This document shows, piece after piece, positions 30,831 to 34,297 of a stretch of DNA of 34,297 nucleotides. The position numbers were made by a program, and so were the translations under genes. The notes beneath the pieces were generated by a model. The model was not told the DNA's origin. It made no database searches and saw only the letters and a list, made by a program, of their open reading frames with translations. Origin of the DNA: Candidatus Dormiibacterota bacterium (GTDB lineage: Bacteria > Chloroflexota > Dormibacteria > Aeolococcales > Aeolococcaceae); contig CAVPXI010000010.1 of assembly GCA_963709585.1 (NCBI GenBank), positions 1-34,297 of the forward strand. Reading direction: 5' to 3'. How positions within the stretch are numbered: position 1 is the stretch's first letter; the number at the start of each line of letters is the position of its first letter.

Positions 30831-31583
30831 GTGATTACCATCGGTCAACTCGCCAGGTACGCGGGCGTGTCCATCAAGACCATCCGGGTCTATCACGACA
30901 AAGGCCTCCTGGCTGAGCCCGGTCGTGACGCCTCCGGCTACCGTCGTTACAACGCCCAGGACGCCATTGACCTGATCAAGATCCGCACCCTGGCCGAAGC
31001 GGGAGTCCCGCTCGCGCGGATCCGAGCCCTCAAGGCGGCACCGGACCCGGCGTTCCAGCGCGCGGTCACCGAGATCGAGCACGATCTCACCGCGCGTATC
31101 CGAAGCCTGCGCGCCACCCAACGGCGACTGCGGGAACTCGCCTCCGGCCACACCCGTTTGCTTCCTGCGGAGGTCGGCCAGCACCTCCAGCGGCTCGGCG
31201 AGCTCGGATTCAGTGAGCGATGGGTCGCGTTGGAAAGCGACCTTTGGATCCTCGTCTTCGCCACGCACCCGGACATAGCTGACGAACTCTTCCGAGACCA
31301 AGCCCAGGCAATAACCGACCCCGCCCTCCGACAGCTCTACCTCGACTACGACCGCGCGCACGACCTCGACCCGGAGGACCCCATCGTTGCCGACCTCGCC
31401 CGACGCATCTTCGACGCGACCACACGGCGATATGGAACCGGTGAGCTCCCCGGACAAGCGATCGGCTCGGCAATCCCGCAGCTGATCCAAGGCGCCGTCA
31501 ACGCCTCGTCGCCCGCCTGGCAACGACTCGACACCCTGATCCGCGACGCACTCGACAAGGCATCCGAAGGCGCCGCCGACTAG
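30831..31583 (+). CDS. MerR-family transcriptional regulator
   Basis: ITIGQLARYAGVSIKTIRVYHDKGLL...RDASGYRRY; likely start GTG 30831. Confidence 0.92.
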   Translation: MITIGQLARYAGVSIKTIRVYHDKGLLAEPGRDASGYRRYNAQDAIDLIKIRTLAEAGVPLARIRALKAAPDPAFQRAVTEIEHDLTARIRSLRATQRRLRELASGHTRLLPAEVGQHLQRLGELGFSERWVALESDLWILVFATHPDIADELFRDQAQAITDPALRQLYLDYDRAHDLDPEDPIVADLARRIFDATTRRYGTGELPGQAIGSAIPQLIQGAVNASSPAWQRLDTLIRDALDKASEGAAD

Positions 31584-32018
31584 AGCGACACTGTGTTCGA
31601 AGCCGCACCCGTCAGGGGCGATGCAACAAGACTTGCAGTGCCGTCTCCTGACGGCGACGGGTTCGCTGACAGCCGACCAGGCGAACGCCACCGAGTTCGC
31701 GCTCCATTCGAGCAGCGAACGTTTCTAAGCCGATCGGAGAGGCGATAGGGTTTTAGGCTACAGGGCGGTCCTGCTCGATCGCTGGGTCGACTTCCTCTCC
31801 GGGTGCACCACCCCGAAAACATGAGTTCGTTCTGGTGTGTTATTTGCACGCTGGGGTGGCCGAGGGGCATTTCCCCTGGGTGATGTCCCTCAACAGCGGT
31901 TCACTCCGGGGCACGACCCGGTCTTATGGGGCTTCCGGCGAGCAGACCGTGCGGCTCCGGTCGTTGTCGTCCATTCGACCGCCACACGAGAGCGCCCTCT
32001 TTCGGCGAAACTCGGTGC

Positions 32019-34297
32019 GTGGCCAGATGCCCGAATTGCGGGAAGGAGCTCCCCGGCGACTACCCGTTCTGCCCCTTTTGCGGGGCTCCACTCGACGAGG
32101 CTGCCCCGGCGCCGGTCCGCGAGGAGCGCAAGGTCGTCTCCGTGCTCTTCTGTGACCTCGTGGGCTTCACCGCGGCCTCCGAGCACGCCGACCCCGAAGA
32201 CGTGCGCGCCCGGCTCCGCCCATATCACGCGCAGCTCCAGCAGGTGATCGAGCGCCACGGTGGCACCATGGAGAAGTTCGTCGGCGACGCGGTGATGGCC
32301 GTGTTCGGCGCGCCGGTGGCGCATGAGGATGACGCCGAGCGCGCGGTCCGCGCGGGCTTGCGCATCCTGGAAGCCATCGAGGACCTGAACCGCGGCGACG
32401 ACAAGCTGCAGCTCCAGGTCAGGGTGGGCATCAATACCGGTGAGGCGGTGGTCGCCCTGGGCGCGCACCCCGAGCGCGGCGAAGGCTTCGTCACCGGCGA
32501 CGTGGTCAACACGGCCTCACGCCTGCAGGGCATCGCCCCCATCAATGGAGTGGCGGTATCGGAGCCAACCTTTCGCCAGACCGAGCGCGTCTTCACCTTT
32601 GTTCGCCTCGAGTCGGTCCAGGTCAAAGGCAAGACGGACGCACTCCCGGTCTGGCAGCCGCTCGCCGCCCGAGCCCGCTTCGGGGCCGACGTCATCAGAA
32701 CCAGTGCCACGCCGTTGGTGGGCCGGGAGTTCGAGCGCCAGCAGCTGATCGCCACCTTCGAGCGCGCCGCGACGCAGCGTTCCTGCCAGCTGGTGACCGT
32801 GGTGGGCGAGCCCGGGGTGGGCAAGACCCGCCTCTGCACCGAGCTCTTGCAGTACGTCGAGCAACGCCCAGGGCTGGTGCGCTGGCGCCAGGGCCGGTGT
32901 CTCCCGTACGGGGAGGGGATCGCCTTCTGGGCCCTGGGGGAGATCGTCAAGGCGGAAAGCGGCATCCTCGAGTTCGGACTCTCCGGAGGAGGCGTTGGCC
33001 AAGCTTGACCAGGCCATCCCCGAGCACGAAATGGACCGGGCGTGGCTCAAAGCAAGGCTGGCTCCGCTCGTCGGCGCGGGCGGCGAGCCGGCGGCGCAGG
33101 AAGAGTCGTTCACCGCCTGGCGACGCTTTCTCGATGGGCTGGCGGCGCAGAACCCCACGGTGCTCGTGGTCGACGATCTGCATTGGGCGGACGCGCCGAT
33201 GCTCGCCTTTCTCGAGCATCTGGCTGACTGGTCCACGGGGGTGCCGCTGCTCCTGCTCTGCACCGCGCGCCCGGAGCTCCACGAGAAGCATCCGACCTGG
33301 GCGGCGGGAGTGCGCAACGCCAGACGATCAACCTCGCACCGCTCTCCGACGACGAGACGGCGACGCTGATCGCCCTGCTCCTGAAGCGGACCGTGCTGCC
33401 CGCCGCGACCCAGCAAGCCCTGCTCGACCGCGCCGGCGGCAACCCGCTCTATGCGGAGGAGTTCGTTCGCCTGCTCAGTGACCGCAATCTCCTGGGCACT
33501 CGCTCGAGGAGGTCTCTTCCCGATCGGTGCAGGCCCTCATCGCCGCCCGCCTGGACACGCTCTCAGCGGAGCGCAAGAGCCTGCTCCAGGACGCCGCGGT
33601 GATCGGCAAGGTCTTCTGGGCCGGAGCGCTCGCGAGCATGGGCGATCGTGACCCGCGCGATGTCGAGCTCGCCCTCCACGAGCTGGCCCGCAAGGAGCTG
33701 GTCCGGCCCGCCCGGAGCAGCTCGATGGAGGGTGAGCGGGAGTACGGCTTCTGGCACCTGTTGGTGCGCGACGTCTGCTACGCCCAGATCCCGCGGTCCA
33801 GCCGGGCCGCCCGGCACCGCGCCGCAGCTGCGTGGATCGAGCGCGAGGCCGGGGAACGCGTCGACGACCTCAGCGACGTGCTCGCCTATCACTACACCCA
33901 GTCACTGGAGCTGCCCGCGCCGCCGGCCAAGAGCAGGTCATCCCGGAGCTGGAGGCAATCTCGCGCCGGTATCTCGCCTTGGCCGGGATCGGGCGTTGCC
34001 GATCGACGTGGCCGGCGCTGAAGCCAGCTTCGCCCGAGCGATCGAGCTCGCCCCGGGGGACCACCCGGATCGGGCTGCCCTGCTGGAACGTTGGGCGAAC
34101 GCGGCGCAGCTGCTGGGACGCCTCCCGGAGGCGAGGTTGGCGCTCGAGGAGGCGTGGCTCAGCATCGCGACGCCGGTGCCACCGTGGCCGCGGCGCGGAC
34201 ATTGACCGCTCTGTCGAGGTGCTCCGCATGGCCGGCGATCTGCGTTCGCGGATCTCATCGCCGAGGCGGTCGAACTGCTCGAGGCTGAGGAGCCGGG
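32019..34297 (+). CDS. Zn-ribbon / class III adenylate-guanylate cyclase / AAA / TPR protein; several frameshifts, runs off the right edge
   Basis: CPNCG..CPFCG, ERKVVSVLFCDLVGFT, KFVGDAVMAVFG, GDVVNTASRLQ, GEPGVGKT, DDLHWAD, GGNPLY, ARLDTL. Confidence 0.88.

Overview
GC-rich bacterial DNA, probably from a long-read assembly with indel errors; the gene content resembles Actinomycetota/Chloroflexota/Dormibacterota-type soil bacteria (inference). Positions <1-17134 form an integrative, capsid-less element (PICI/phage-satellite-like) next to the 3' end of tRNA-Lys(CTT). Its left part has a divergent Zn-finger regulator (missing from the ORF track), an excisionase-like HTH, a DUF3987-type replication protein, an iteron-like origin, a Topo VI-A/Spo11-like protein and a TerS-like protein. 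These are followed by a defence cargo (Mrr, a type I R-M system hsdMSR, a YgjP-type metalloprotease, and a PIN-GNAT-EVE/PUA fusion with an ASCH partner) and a tyrosine integrase. Right of the tRNA is core genome: PHP phosphoesterase, OmpR-type two-component pair, CcdA, a BNR-repeat membrane protein, DnaJ/CbpA, a thioredoxin-NHL protein, a candidate sRNA and purA. The window ends in a decayed patchwork: a LexA-box-preceded DUF222-HNH gene, an alpha/beta hydrolase, gene remnants, a small repeat protein, a MerR divergon and a class III cyclase-AAA protein. The best novelty candidate is the PIN-GNAT-EVE + ASCH module behind the R-M/Mrr cluster. Five +1 frameshifts share the motif CGAACTC, which points to a modification-driven sequencing error.
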